Part shown: in pieces, positions 39,901 to 62,995 of the stretch | Layout of the letters: each line of letters starts with the position of its first letter | Numbering within the stretch: the first letter of the stretch is position 1 | Notes under the pieces: generated by a model | What the model was told of the DNA's origin: nothing | The model's input: the letters and a program-made list of their open reading frames with translations, nothing else | Database searches by the model: none | Position numbers and translations under genes: made by a program | Assembly (NCBI GenBank): GCA_030141605.1 | Contig: JAQGDQ010000088.1 | Coordinates: 186,001 to 250,000, forward strand | Length of the DNA: 64,000 bases | Origin: Tubiluchus corallicola | Taxonomy: Eukaryota > Animalia > Priapulida | Direction: 5' to 3'

Positions 39901-42900
39901 TCAGAATTTCAGGCACCTGGGATTAATGGCATTAGTGCTCTAAAATTGGTATGTGCTTGTTCTAATTGTAACAAAAGGGTTATATTTATTGTGCTTCTAC
40001 ATTGCTTCTTAATCATTGAAATGATGCTAAGAATAATTTTATTGTACTTAACGATGATGACAATTGTTGCTGATGTTATTGTTCATCTTCCAGTTACTGG
40101 CTCTTTGTGTGATTTCGACTCATTATCATTGTTTTCATTTTAGACATATGTTTGTATGATTGCATATCATATTCAATGAGTTACTGTTGTTCTTTTATAG
40201 AATTTTTCTCATAAATTTGTTTGATGGCTAGATGTAAATACCAAGCTTTTCAGCACAAAACTTACAGAAAATTCACTAAATTTAATAATACATGTTTAAG
40301 GTAGGCCTGTAACCATACATTGATATATCGATGCGTCGTAATATCTTTCATTACGATATGCGTATCGCCAAATGCACTTGTACCATGATAATATGAGTCA
40401 ATGCTATTCATCAATTTAGCTTAGCCGTATGCCGATAAAAACGATGTGAAGTAATTCAAGTTGTAGCTGTATGGTGTATTGTAGATAAGTAACAATCAGT
40501 GCAGTAAACAGTAATTTACTTGACACAAGCACTGCTAGCAGCCGAAACAGTTGAAAATGTAAGGTGTTTAATCTGTAGTAGACTAATTACGTTGTTTGCA
40601 TATAAATTTGTGAAATGGCAAATGTGAACCACAAAATACACAAGCATCTTTTAAATTAAAGTAGTTTTGCTTTTCTGCTGGCTTACAATGCAAACAATAG
40701 TCTACACATTACACAAGTAATGAATAACAATTAAACATATAGTCGAGTTATTTTAGCATTTAACGATCCTAAAACTGTTGACTGATAAATATATTTAGTA
40801 TTTATTATCAACAGCTTCATCTAGTTTTTTTTATAAAGCCTGCAAATGTTAACTCAGGTGTATTGTAGTATGTATCTTATCGAGAGGTTAATATCATGAT
40901 ATGTATTGTATTGTGACCTGGTGTATTGTTACACCCCAGTATGAAATGGTTGTAGTTACAGAAAGTTGTCGATCGTGATACACCCAAGCAGTAACAGTTT
41001 GCACGGTTTCTGTGATTTGAGCCTTGTTAGTCAAGTTTTACATTATATGTCAATTATGTAATCTTAATCTCAATATGAATAAGCAATAGGGAAGTGAACT
41101 AAATGAACTACTTATTATCAAAATATTTGTTGATTTTATATAAGCAAACTGATATGGATGAAAGACTCTTACTCTGCTCTGACATGAGTAAAGTAATTTA
41201 ACTAATACTTGAGCTGGAATGAAAAATGAGCTATTTAGGCTGAGTCACAATAAACTTTCACTGTGTGAAAATCCAACTCTAATTGAAAAGAATTCTGTAT
41301 AGTATAGTTAGCACCTTTCTTTTCATTCTCAGTTAGTAAAGTAACATTCAGTCTGCAAACATATGAAGAGAACTTGTTTGAATTTTTAGAGTTTATGCCT
41401 AATTGCTTTGTTTCAGGGCTCACGTGATTGGGACAAGGTAGTAGTCTGGAACACAGTGCAGAATAGCCAGTCTCAGACACCAGGTGTTGCTACCTGTGCA
41501 GCTCAGTTGAAGAAAACACCGGTTGTGATTCGTCATGCACCTGGTATGTAAAGTTAATTATCAAAATGATAAATATTTTGCAGTTCTATTCTGTGCACTG
41601 TATTCTATAAGTTATGGATAGATGTTTCATTCGAATTGATAAAATGAAGAATTTAGCCATTTTACAACAAAGCATGTGTCAGAGAAAAAACGTGTAGTTT
41701 GTCCGAAGTAAAGCACTAACGGTGCAGTCAGAATGTGTAACTGTAACGAACACATGCAAAATAAAATATTAAAATTTTGATAATTCTCAGTTTCAGATGA
41801 TAAGAAGCAGTCAGCTGTGCGATGGTGTCAGAACCTTGTTACTCATATCGAGCTTCCCGTAACTAGAAAGCCTGTGGCACATATAAGAAAATCTATTTTA
41901 CTAAACAAGGTAGTTTAAAGCTATTTAAGTAGCTGCAGTGAGCTTTGCTAAATGCAATAATTTCCTTAATGTAAAAAAGCTCTTAACCTAATTAAATATA
42001 TTAGTTCATCTTTCAATTTTCGTTAATGCAAATATCAGTAATTGTATTAGATCAATTTTGTAATGCTCAAGAACTATCTTGAATGCCTGAATGATGACGA
42101 GTCGATATGTTTTCATTTGCCACCAAGGATAACTCGCATTCATGTCTCTTGTTCATTATGGTAGTGCACTGTATAATTTTCCACCATAATAACGTCATGG
42201 CTCTGCGCTGTTTTTTCGTTCTACAAGCAAAATGACATCATGTGAAGTTCTACAAACAAAGTGATTGTCAGTTACTGATGTGGTTTTTAGATCTTTACAT
42301 CTTTCTTCATTTTACTCGTTAGATCCTTCTTATATTTGGTTAAACCCTTAAATGTACTGCTAGTCACTTATTTTGCTGCTAACAGAGGTTACCTATGCCA
42401 CCTAGAGAGATATTGATTCTAATAGCAGAACCCAATTAGTATGACCAAGACTCCAAATAAGTGTTATGACCCAAATGTCTGTCTCAAGTTAAGGCAGCTC
42501 AACTCTTCCAGTTCCAAGTAATGAATCAAGTTACATGTACTTGTGCTTTCTAAATTTCAGAAATACAGGCAAAATTGCGAAATATGTCTTATCAAACCTG
42601 TTTTATGTACAGTAGTTAAAGTTCATGAACAGATAACTAAAGATACTGATCATAGTTTATAAAATATTTATTATTCAATTTTTGCAAATTTATAGCTTTT
42701 AACTATTGAGAATGTCAAGTAGCAATTACCTTTTGTTATGTTCAAAAAGGAAGTTTTTAATTTGCATGACACCAAACTCATGTCTTCAGAACAGCTAGCA
42801 ATATTTGCCAATCAGAGATGAACCTACATTCACTTAACTTAATTGATTTGTTGTTGCTGTTATCTCAATGGTGGGTGTTTACTTATTACTTATTTAAGAT

Positions 42901-43682
42901 ACAGAAATAAAGTATTTAACCCCCATAGAACAAGAAATTTTATAATATTGTGATTAAAAATTTTCACAGGTCATATGCAAGAAAACAAGCTTTCACAACC
43001 CCTTTCACCAGCCACTAATGTATGAATGTACTCATAATGCTTACTTTCTCTTGTCATCACATAACTGTGTTGTGCACACTACAGTAATATTAGCATTTCT
43101 CATTTTCTTGTCACCTTACAACTAAAATAATTACTATTAAACTAAGAGAAACTAGCACAGTTTTTGCGAGGCATGACAGTAATTAAAACTGAAACTCAAT
43201 TAATAAACTTACTAGAAAAATCTGAAGGGATTCAATGGGATTCATGAGAAAAATCATCACTGACCTTGAGAAATCCAGTTGGTACAGGTTCCTGGCTATC
43301 CAACCATTTTTTGACTGAATTTACTAACTGATTTACATATTTTGGTTATTAAGAATGATCATGTGCTTATAAAAAGTGAAAAAATGTCCAATTTAAAAAA
43401 GCAAGTTTTTAACTGAAAAACCACTTATACTTTTTGAGAAAGTGAATTAGAAAATGTTTTAGAAAAACAGATTTTGAGCTTCAATACAATTTTGGCATGC
43501 TAAATGATTTATTACAGAACATTCCTTTGCAAGAGAAATCTCTTGAAGTCAATGCATTTGATTCACCAATGATTGCAAAGAAGAGCTGCACATTAGGTTC
43601 CGGTCTACAAGGAGCATATTCTCCAAGCGATTCCGTATCAGCAGGAAGACAGCTAAAGGGAAAACCCAGGTTTAAGTTTTAA
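33908..43682 (+). CDS. Uncharacterised ~903-aa, largely disordered Ser/Asn/Glu-rich protein with an N-terminal DEVFFGP motif, a short coiled coil and a motif-rich C-terminus
   Basis: Exons 33908-33975, 35066-37073 (2008-nt open exon), 37642-37749, 39832-39948, 41417-41543, 41791(or 41797)-41909, 43518-43682. All junctions are GT-AG with matching phases (2,0,0,0,1,0); total 2712 nt ending in TAA. YY1-like aaatggcgg at 33818-33826 upstream. Confidence 0.8.
37153..37400 (+). mobile_element. Degenerate SINE-like element with a tRNA A-box-like start followed by 5S rRNA internal-promoter-like sequence
   Basis: tagccgaatggtct (37162-37175), then accgaggttaag...tcagtaaatgagtgggtgacagcctggaaa (37185-37240), which aligns to the 5S A box-C box region; 3' boundary uncertain. 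Confidence 0.5.
37791..38759 (-). mobile_element. Non-autonomous hAT Buster/Charlie (ZBED5/SCAND3-like) element, 969 bp
   Basis: TIRs cggtggttcccaaa and tttgggaaccactg; perfect 8-bp TSD CTCTAAGC (37783-37790 and 38760-38767) with central TA; transposase C-terminus LEEFW...[37 protein letters not shown]...QAHPSH* (38095..38433). Confidence 0.95.
40302..40938. mobile_element. hAT-type MITE
   Basis: Imperfect TIRs taggcctgtaaccataca and tgtattgttacacccca, with decayed subterminal gata/tatcg/tattg motifs; no TSD. Confidence 0.6.
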
Positions 43683-44831
43683 GTAAAAATTGGATGACTG
43701 AGCTATTATACTTATATTTCTTTAATTAAAAGTATTTTAGCTAGTAGCTATTGGCATTGTGATTTAATTTGATAAGTCCTGCTTTGAAAACTTACAGTCT
43801 TCATTAAAACTGTTACACCTACCTTTTATGAACTAGATTGAAGTTTGTTATTTTTAGCTGATTTTTGTGCAACATCGATTAGGTTGCCGATAGTCGGCCC
43901 GGCTTGTCAGTTGGCTTGGCTGCTTATGTTAACTATTATTGTTAGTAGTCCAATAGGTTTTTTTTAATTTAGGTCACCATTTCTAAGTACTGTTAACTTA
44001 TTTTCAAGTTTTTCTAAAAAAGAAACTACATAACCTAACTTCTTATTTTCCAAAATAATGTAATATATAATATTGTAATATGAATCAACATGAATTCTGT
44101 TGACACACAAAATCATGGTGTAAAAAGTTTCTAAATCTGGGGATGCGAAAATAACAATTATTGTTTCTGCACTATTATATTTTTGTGTAATTATACCAGT
44201 GTAAATTAAATCAGTGTAAGGAGCGTTTCCATAATTGAATATTAATTTGGCATAATTTAATTTTAACATAAACTTTTACAAAATCATGTTTAAGACCTTA
44301 GACTTAAGGACTTGCTTATCTATTTTCAAGTTATGTACTGCTGTAACAACAAGTCAATTTTGGCGCTGTCAGTATAATATACTACATACTCATTGATCAG
44401 TCTTGATAATTTTGAACTTGGGACAAGACCATAATATTTTTGTAACTTTCTGTTAACATCACAATAAAAATGCTAAATAAAACGATACCATTAAGAAAAT
44501 AAAATCACTAGCGATACTGTAAATTTCTGAGCTACATTTTCGAGATGCTGTTAAATGTAAGAAAAGTAAAATGATTCTCACTTTTTTCCACTTTACATTT
44601 ACAAAACTACACTGTTACTTAATTGTGAAGCCATACTGCCATAGCTTTTAGCATTGTATAAAATAGAACATAAATTATAATTCTCTCACATTTTCTCAGA
44701 TTGGATTACTTATTTAACCTTGATTTACAAATAATCACAAATTTGATTAGCTATACAAACTGCATAAATTGCTAACTGCATATAGCTTTGACTAGATTAG
44801 GAATGTACTAGAAGCTTGCTAGTAGAGGACT

Positions 44832-54264
<9,433 letters not shown>

Positions 54265-56099
54265 TGTGCACTAGTAAAAAAGAAAAACACATTTATTTTA
54301 CTGCAATGTAGCTAAAAAAGTAGGATTACCAAACAAAACATATCAATAGTAAACTACCTCGTGATTCATGAATAATATTTTACATGCTACTACTCGTTTT
54401 TAGGTATTGCTACGGACTTCAGGTATACAAATTTGTGCGTAGAGGTTTAGTAATTTTGTTATACTCTTGATAATTCATACATCAAAAAAGCTTCTCAGTC
54501 TATTTGCAGAGATGTTACAAACCCACAATTTCTTAAATTTTGGTCTAGGCCGCATTTCAACTTTTTTCACATTTCTCGAAGTGAAATGCTTATGACGTTT
54601 TCAAGTTTCGTATCAAAATTTAATTAACTGAGTATTAGTATCATCTTTATAAATAATTTTGATTTTCAGATTACAATACTTTGCAATGATTGTGTACTTT
54701 TCAAATCAGAGCCACTAGATGGAAATGAAAGTAAAATTTAATACAGCAACAGGCAGAGAAATGCACGGGAATACCATTGGTAGCAGCTCCATGACAAGTA
54801 GTTAGAAAGGCAGCAGCATGTTGAATCAGTACACTGCTGTGAAAGCAATAAAGCAAGCAAAGCATCCAGAAGCATTAGCTGTATGTACATGGACAGTTTA
54901 CACTTTACGGCACGAAGCGAGATATTAGCACGAAGATGTCACTAAATCGATTAGAGAAATTGTTTGCCAGTACTTTATATAAAAATTGGTGTGTTGAATT
55001 CACGCCTACATAGCTACTTTGAACTTTCGAACTTGTTGCAAATTACCGTTTAGCAATGTCATAAACCTATCATTTTATCCAGGTGTCATTTTTATACTGT
55101 TATTATATGCGAACTAAAAATTTGGCTTATTCTAGTTCTTATCTATACAAGACAAGCTATACAAGGAAACACCCGTTTCTAAGTTTGTACCTATAACCTA
55201 CCAGACCAGAAAACATATCTAGACTGCATCATGTCTAGTCTATCTTTTCACTAGACTAACATGTTCACAAAACAACATAAATTCTTTCATGCTTCTACAC
55301 AAAGGCCCTGCACAATGTTTGCACAAATGCGCTACCTACGCAGGGTGTCACATCTAAGTTGAGCTGCCACAAGTAGACTGATAAAAAACCTCGTAGGCTA
55401 CTATTCAATATAAAACTAAAACATAAAATTTATTAAGCGAGAACACCTATTATAGTACGCTTGTAAATATAGTAGCCACTTTAATTTGCAATGCATTTGG
55501 TGAGCTCACAGCAATGTTTAACACATGTCATGTCAGTTCAAAATTAAGATGGTACAAAGCAGACTACTTTTAAAGCAAAAATGAGAATTTAACTGCTTCT
55601 CCTGTTGCAACATTTGATTCTTCATACCATGTTAACAGGTAAGCGATTTAAACTGATTTTTACAGAATGCTTCCATTCTTTAAGCTAAGCAGACAAAGCA
55701 CGGATAAATCGTGATTGATTGTGATTTTTTTGGGATGCAAAAAGCCTTTGATTTACAATCCTACTGTGTCCAGACAGGAACCAAGTTAATTCTCAAGAAT
55801 AAACCTCTAACACGAGGCAGACGTGTACAGAATCCTCACTCGTGTCATGAATAGCTCAAACTTATAGTATTCTTGGCAATATTTAGGACCACCAAATACC
55901 TGTACTACCCTTCTTTTTCTTTGTGATAATGCGTTAACTTCATCAAATTAAAGGCTCTAATACATGGCTGTGCTCTCAGCTTGTGAATGTCATGCTAGTG
56001 TGAAGCTCATCCAGGGGAAAAAAATATTTTACAGTGATGCATAATAAAGGAGGTAGTAATATCCCCAAGTTCACAAGATAGGAGTGTCACACCCTACAC

Positions 56100-56900
56100 C
56101 TCATTCAACATGCAGTGGGAGTACCTTACTACAGTTTAGATCAAGCATATGGCACTCCTGAATAATAAGTTGAGAGTGCCAAGCTGGACTGTTGATATAC
56201 TTGACTAAGTCTACATGTTTTAGCGGATGTCCCTGAAACATATATTGGTACCTCACTGGGTTCCTTTTCTTTGTTATACTGATGACCTGAAGTATTCTAG
56301 TATCTTGCTCATTGTTTACTGTTAAGTACGACATGGTGTGGTCAGAAAACAGGTGCAGTTTAGACCACAAATCTTCAAGCGATGTCATTTATGTAGAAGA
56401 GGAACAGGCAAGGCCCAAGTATGGATCCTTGGAGAACTCCAGATTTAACAGAGGCTCTAGTCGAAGATGCACCATTGAGTTTGATCACTCAGGGGCACTC
56501 TACTAGAATCCGGATCTCGCTTAATTTTCGCCGAGTGATCGCCTATTTCGATATGACTGCTTCACGCAATATGATGATCAACACTGCGCATACGATAAGA
56601 TGGTTGATCAGTTCCTGAGTTTTACTTATGGTGGAATAAGTTTATGAAATAATAATACTCTTAATAGAATATAAAAGTCCATTAAGTTTACCATTTGTTT
56701 TTGTAAAAAAACAAAAAATTGATGTTTAACTCAATTTTTGATGCATTTGATAGTATAAAAAGTGTTTTAACCTGAAGTTTTTCCATTAAACACCTATGCT
56801 ATGGCTCACCTTATCAAATGCCTTGGAGAAGTCAAGTATACAAAGATCTGTCTGTAAGCCTAGTTGCATGTCTATTGAGCCTAGCAGTACTAAGCTTGTG
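56100..56900 (-). mobile_element. Decayed LINE RT fragments (CR1/L2-like), interrupted
   Basis: - strand reads LDFSKAFDKVSH (~56800-56840), VKSGVLQGSILGPCLFLFYIND (~56385-56450) and HLFSDHT (FADD equivalent). Confidence 0.8.
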
Positions 56901-59199
56901 ATTCCTATGATTCCACTAGATCCACTTCATCAATACATGAACAAACTCTTCTTAGTTTGCAAGATCAAATTTCACTGTAATAAGCCTACTAGTACTTAAC
57001 TTTGCTAGCTATTACTATTAGTACTACACAGTGTAGCCGCCATTAGGCTTCCGATGCAATAATAACATCTATTATTATTATTATAAATGATTATTAAATA
57101 TTTTTGGAGGGTTTCATCACAGTGGGTCAGAGCTATTACAACGAACAAACGATTAACACCTAGTGAAGTCCCTGGAGACGAGTTTAAACTAAAGTCAAAA
57201 TTTAAATGTAAGCAACACAAAAAAACTTAATATTAGCTCCTCTAAGGTTTTTAAAGTTTCTTTTAGTAAAGCTTTCAAATTGAATCAAAAAACGTACCAA
57301 TTACACCGTCACATTTATACTATAGCGCTAATTTCTACAGTGCAATAAAAAATCAATAGCACTATTCTTCTCTTGTAATCTTTACTTATTTCTTATCTAT
57401 AGGCAAAACCATACTCTTGCTCGGTTGCCCCCAGTTTAGGAGTTTAGCTCGTTGCAAATTTTCTTTTGACTTCCTTAAAATTTAACATAAATTCCGTGGC
57501 ATAGGAAGAAAAGAGGTGGCCAGAGCAGTATGGATACTGGCGATTTGTTCAATTAATCTGAACTAGGTCAATAACTGACAAAATTCTAACATAGTTTTGT
57601 CATGATTGTAGCCATGTTTGTCAGAGCGAGGTCGCAGCAATTATAATAATTATTATAATCACGAAAATAAGTGAAGTTTTTAGCAACAGTAGTTGTATTG
57701 GCTATTTTATTGTTCATTTATTTTTTACTTACGCACATCTTTATTAATTTTGGTTATCTTTCATTTTACAACATGTTCTGTGTGTCTATTCTTTTCCATC
57801 ACCTTTTTCGCTGTATTTACACTTATTTTTGTGAATCATATTGCCTAAACCACAAAAAACATCTAAACTAATTCAATTTAAACTAAAATGTAGAAAACAT
57901 AGTTTATGTTTAGTGCACACTGCATGCACATGAATTATATTATATTTTTATATTACAATGCTTGGACAGTGGTGCTAATTAATTAAGATTGCTTACACAC
58001 TTCTCTGTCTATCTCTAATGGATATTGTGTAAGTGTGAAAAATTCAAATGTTATGCTTGCAGCATCATTTCGGATTCAAGTTGCTAAACAAACAAAAGAG
58101 ATAAGATAACAAAAGAAATACATTTGTTCCATGCATCGACAACCCTGAATGAAGACATATGCTGACGTTCGATGCGATGCTTGAGCAGTTTGTAGTAATA
58201 TACTAATATTACAAAGAAATCAAAGTTACGTTGGTAAGGATCTCTAGGAAGACGTGATCTCGTCCCTGAATCAGATATAACCTGTGCACAGTCTTCATTG
58301 GTTCAGTAAAACCTTTCTCTTTCTTTAACATGTAACACACAAGAACGGACTCAAACTAATTAAGCCTATTTCACTGCTTGCCCCTCATGAAAAATAGTAT
58401 ATAATCTGTGATGCATTTAGTCACCAAGCCACAGTGATTTCTGATTGTGCTTCTAATTAGCTTCTGCTGCATCACTTTCACCGGCAGCACGCACTGCTTG
58501 TCTTGTTAGTTTTAAAAAATCTCAAGTTAGTAATTGTAATTAACTTATATGCGTGGCCTCTAATGCTGAGTTTGTAATTTAAATAATTATAAATGTCCTA
58601 ATCCTATTTCAATTATGCTGTAATTGTGATGGTTTTTTATTCATAAAGTTGATAAATAGATAATGTGCCATTTAATTCTTTTCAATAACCTTATTTTAGC
58701 TTACTATTGATTTACTTTCTACACTTATTGCTTCATTAAAGAAAAACTGGCAAGTACGACATAATTTTTTTAAGTCAAAAATGTCAACTCTTGGGATGGT
58801 AGCTTCATATCAGCGGCATCTTGATTTTTTTAGGATTTTTAACAATAGTTACCACTTTTGTATTTCTAATGCAATCTTATTGAAATTGCACTTCGTATAA
58901 AAATTATGTTTAAATGCTCATAACAACTCCTAATTTTCTAGATTACTTAAACGTGTGGTGTGTGTGATGGTGTGGTGTGAAACGCGAAATCGAAATTGCA
59001 GTACTCACTTTGCAGCTATGCCATCAATTATTGACACTTGGTATAGCCTTAATTTTGTAGCCCAAAACTAGATCATGTAATGCACTGATTTATCTATACG
59101 AACGTTTGAAGCGCTTGCACATTTAACACATACACACAGAGTAAAGACACAAACTCAAGTGCTTGCAGACTTGTTTCTCGCGAAGCCAATCTAAATTTC

Positions 59200-59520
59200 G
59201 TTCTTCAAAATTTAAAGACGTTTGGATGGTTTCTTTAAATTGTTTAACTGTAACTGCTTTCATGACTATTTGAGATAAACCATTCCACAGATCTATGGCT
59301 ACTGCTAAAAAGTATTTGCTTAAATACAGTTTTGCTCTTTTCTTGTATAGCTATAACTGAAGTTTTCACACGGTCCGCCATATGACTCTTCAATGTGAAA
59401 CAGTTTCCAACGTCCACTTTGTCGATTTGTTTTATGTATTTGTAGTGGCACGTGCCCTTCTAGCTAATAGTGTATCTAGATCAAGATGCTTCAGTAAGTT
59501 AGTGCATCAAGTTTTGCTAA
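59200..59520 (-). mobile_element. CR1-type LINE 3' end fragment
   Basis: - strand reads FLAVAIDLWNGLSQIVMKAVTVKQFK, a typical ORF2 C-terminus. Confidence 0.6.
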
Positions 59521-60028
59521 TGAAGTTTATATAATTATAAACTTTTCATGTATTTAGAATTTTAGATGCAATGTGCTTTGTATATCTATGTTGTGCCAGT
59601 ATGTAATAATAAGGCTCACTTTGCGTTTGTGAGTCTTTTGTACCAATTCCTTAAAGTGGCTGCATTACATCCGCCAAATTAACATACGAATAAATGGTAA
59701 TTATGCCTCATTCTTCGGGATTTGGTCGTAAGCCAGGGTAAAAAAACAGCATAAAAATTAATTAGTGTGGTGGATAAAGCGCTTTCTTTCGTTTCTGGTT
59801 TTAGCAATGCTTTTTCATTTGTGTTACGGTCATAATCACAATTATAAGGTGGTTGCCGTTTTTACATTATTATTATATTAGTTTGGGATAAAGAAATGAG
59901 CTATATTACGTAGGTAAAAACTAATGTAATGTGTACGAGTTTATTTTTATTTGTGAAACTATTAGCGTTTGTAATTAACTTTCTTGTTTTTTAGCCTGTA
60001 GACCTTTCGGAACAACATCACGGTAACA

Positions 60029-62995
60029 ATGGCCGCTAGACCTCAGGTTGGTTTTGTGCAAGCACCCCAAACTGCTCCTGGGCCTCCACAAGCGAGAATG
60101 CCACCTCCTTCTAGCCAGAATCGACCATTTCAACAACCTGGATATGGGGTAGTTAGGTTTTACATTTACTATTCTATTATTTCATTATATGTCTAAGAAG
60201 CTGAATTTGACTGTATACTGAGGACTGCATTCCTTTGCTTTAGAAATATTACTGCATCACTGTTGCTGTACTCATGGTGCAGAATGAAATAGCAGTAGCT
60301 AATGCACAATTTATACAATTCTGGTCCAGTTTCAGGTCAAGCTCATATATTGTTACTCTAAAATTTACAGCGAAATTTGCACTATACTTGATAATTTGTG
60401 ATTTTACAGTGCTCTCTTTATCATATGGCTGACACTCTTAAGACACAAGGCACAAAACACTGTAGTTTTTTAAATCTACTTCTTTAATTGTTGCTTCCGG
60501 CATTCCATCATAACCATTGCAACTTCTTTGATGCTTCTTAGCACCTGTACATTTGTTTCCATTAGATCTTTAGCATTAACCCCCCTGTCATTTACAGGCA
60601 AATAAATGCTCTGTTGTATCAATCTCTTGTGAACATAAAGGACACTGTTGTTATCCTTTTTTGTACTTTCATAATTATTTTTTAGTTCTAGCATATTTAA
60701 CCTTATTTTCGTAATTAGACTTCCCTCTTTTAACTCAGCGTCGTTTCGACCTTGGTTTTAAACTCTTCTTCTATTCTTTCTTTTATTTTGCATTTTACCA
60801 TTTTTCCAGGTAGACTTTTTTAGTCCTTGTATTTGTTCTACATCATAGTCAATACTTTTTCATATCATAGTCAATCTTATTTTCATACTTAATCATTATT
60901 TTCTTAACTTCTGCATACCAACATTTTTCATGTGCTTGTTTTTTCTGCACCATTAACACTTTTCTTGCCATTCTCTCTTTCATCATTGACATTGACTAAA
61001 TTATATAGAAACATTAATGTTCTGTATTCAACTCTATTTATCATTGGCCATATACCTGTTTCTCCCATCGTACCCCAATATGAAGTAGTTTTCTTTTGCT
61101 TTAAGATTGTCTTTAGTGTTTTATTTTGTATTTTTTCAATCAATTTCCATTATCATTTTATTATATTCACCCAGGGTTCATTATTATTAAGTATTCCTGG
61201 AATTACCATTAACTCATACATTAATAATCTAGCCTGGAATGACTTGTATCCCAGATTTTCATCCTTTCCAATATTTAAAAATATCTAAAATCATGAATTC
61301 CATTTTGTTTTTCCGCTCTTCTGTCATTACATTATATTTCCTTGTACTCGTCAACAAGTCACCCAGATATTTACATTTTTGGTCTTTATTAATTTCCCAC
61401 CCTTTGCTTGAGCTTTTATTTCATTTTTGGATTTTTTTCTTGTCATTCTGGTGATTAAATACTTGGTTTTCTGTTGTTCTTCAAATGCTCTAAAATTTTC
61501 TACTCCGTGCTCTATAGTATTTTTGGATCTATTCCTAAGATATCATCAACGTACGAAAGCATTCCTACCTCCAAATCACGACGAACCATTGTTTTAGGAT
61601 GGTTTAGCATTTTTATAATTCCATTGACAGCCGCACTATACAATACGGTCCCAAATAGTGTTCCCTGTTTTACAGACTCTAATTTTTTATTTCTATTATG
61701 TTTCCTACTAGTGTATTAATTACCGCCTCTACTTCTTTATTCAAGTAATAGATGTTCAATCATTTTCATGTAGTCCCAGTTTCCACAACTCATCTATGCA
61801 GTCTTGCATCCATAGCTTATTAAAGCATGTTTCTAAATCACTAAAGACTATGTATATATCATTGTTTATGTACTGATTATAGTCTAGTATTGCTCTCACT
61901 ATAAGTAGGTATTACGTGAAGGTATTCCGTGCATTACCAGTGTAAATTCATTTGAAACTTGTACATGAAAGTAAATGTATGAAACACAGATTATCATTGT
62001 TGCTGATGGCTGGAATGCACCAGTTGATCTATATTTTTTACAGAAAAGTATGTTAGTCTTATCTACTGATATGATCAGTATAAACCTATAAAACATTTTA
62101 TACATGTATCATGGTAAGCAAAAAGCACATTACAATGAATAGATTAATTAAACTTTGACTAATAAATGTCACGATTTTTAAGCTTTTCTAAATTTATTTT
62201 TGCATTCATGTTAGTCTTTTCTACTGATATGATCAGTATAAACCTATAAAACATTTTATACATGTATCATGGTAAGCAAAAAGCACATTATAATGAATAG
62301 ATTAATTAAACTTTGACTAATAAATGTCACGATTTTTAAGCTTTTCTAAATTTATTTCTGCACGACATATTTTCGGAATTGTTTGTATTTTAGTTTTGAA
62401 ATAATAACACCAGATATAGATATGACAAAGTAGCCACTAAGTGCTGGTTCTGTAGATTTCTTTTGCTAATTCCCATTTGAACTCTGATCATATGAAAAAT
62501 AAAAAAAACATCTGTTGAATATCAAAGCTTGTGTTTTCTTGGGTTGCTGCTAGCTAACTACTTTGTCCATCAGCATCAGTATTATTTGAGCAGACCCATG
62601 TTAGTGAGCCTTTGATAGAGGTTTGATAGAACAATAACTATCAGTACTTGGTAAATTGACAGTAACGCTGTAACCTGAACTATTTAGCCCTGAAATAAAA
62701 CCTTAGTCCATGAAACATTTTTCAAGTATTTACTAAATACCTATTGAGATTTGAAACTAAAAATTTTTTATAACTAAACAATTTATTTTTAGGGTTCTCC
62801 TAGGCCTGGTTACCCTCCTCAAGGTGGAGCAGCTCGAGGTCCTCCTGGCTATCAGCATGGATATGCCCCATCAATGTCTGGTCCGCAAGGAATGAGGAGT
62901 TCTGGTGGAATGCCGCCACCTCCCGTTCCCGGTTCAGAGAGAAAAAGACCTCCCCCAGCCGATCAAAGATCTGGACAGTCTAGTAGCAGCAGAAG
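60029..62995 (+). CDS. SMARCD1: Probable SWI/SNF subunit SMARCD/BAF60 (Bap60), first two coding exons; continues beyond the window
   Basis: Exons 60029-60148 (MAARPQVGFVQAPQTAPGPPQARMPPPSSQNRPFQQPGYG) and 62793-62995 (GSPRPGYPPQGGAARGPPGYQHG...SERKRPPPADQRS...), in phase. The motif order MAAR..GF, PGPP.RM, RPG, GPPGY, RKRP matches the remembered human SMARCD1 N-terminus. The SWIB domain is not in the window. Confidence 0.72.
60440..61900 (-). mobile_element. Decayed non-LTR retrotransposon RT and C-terminus in the first SMARCD coding intron
   Basis: - strand reads FSDLETCFNKLW, ESVKQGTLFGTVLY, GMLSYVDDILG, IEKIQNKTLKTIL...TSYWGTMGETGIWP and LNMLELKNNY. Confidence 0.85.
62050..62362. repeat. 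Tandem duplication, 158 bp x2
   Basis: Copies begin at 62050 and 62208 and differ at about 3 positions. Confidence 0.95.

Noticed and set aside
56570-56620. C/D box snoRNA-like ATGATGA...CTGA
   Set aside because: Only ~47 nt, no convincing terminal stem, no recognisable rRNA guide.
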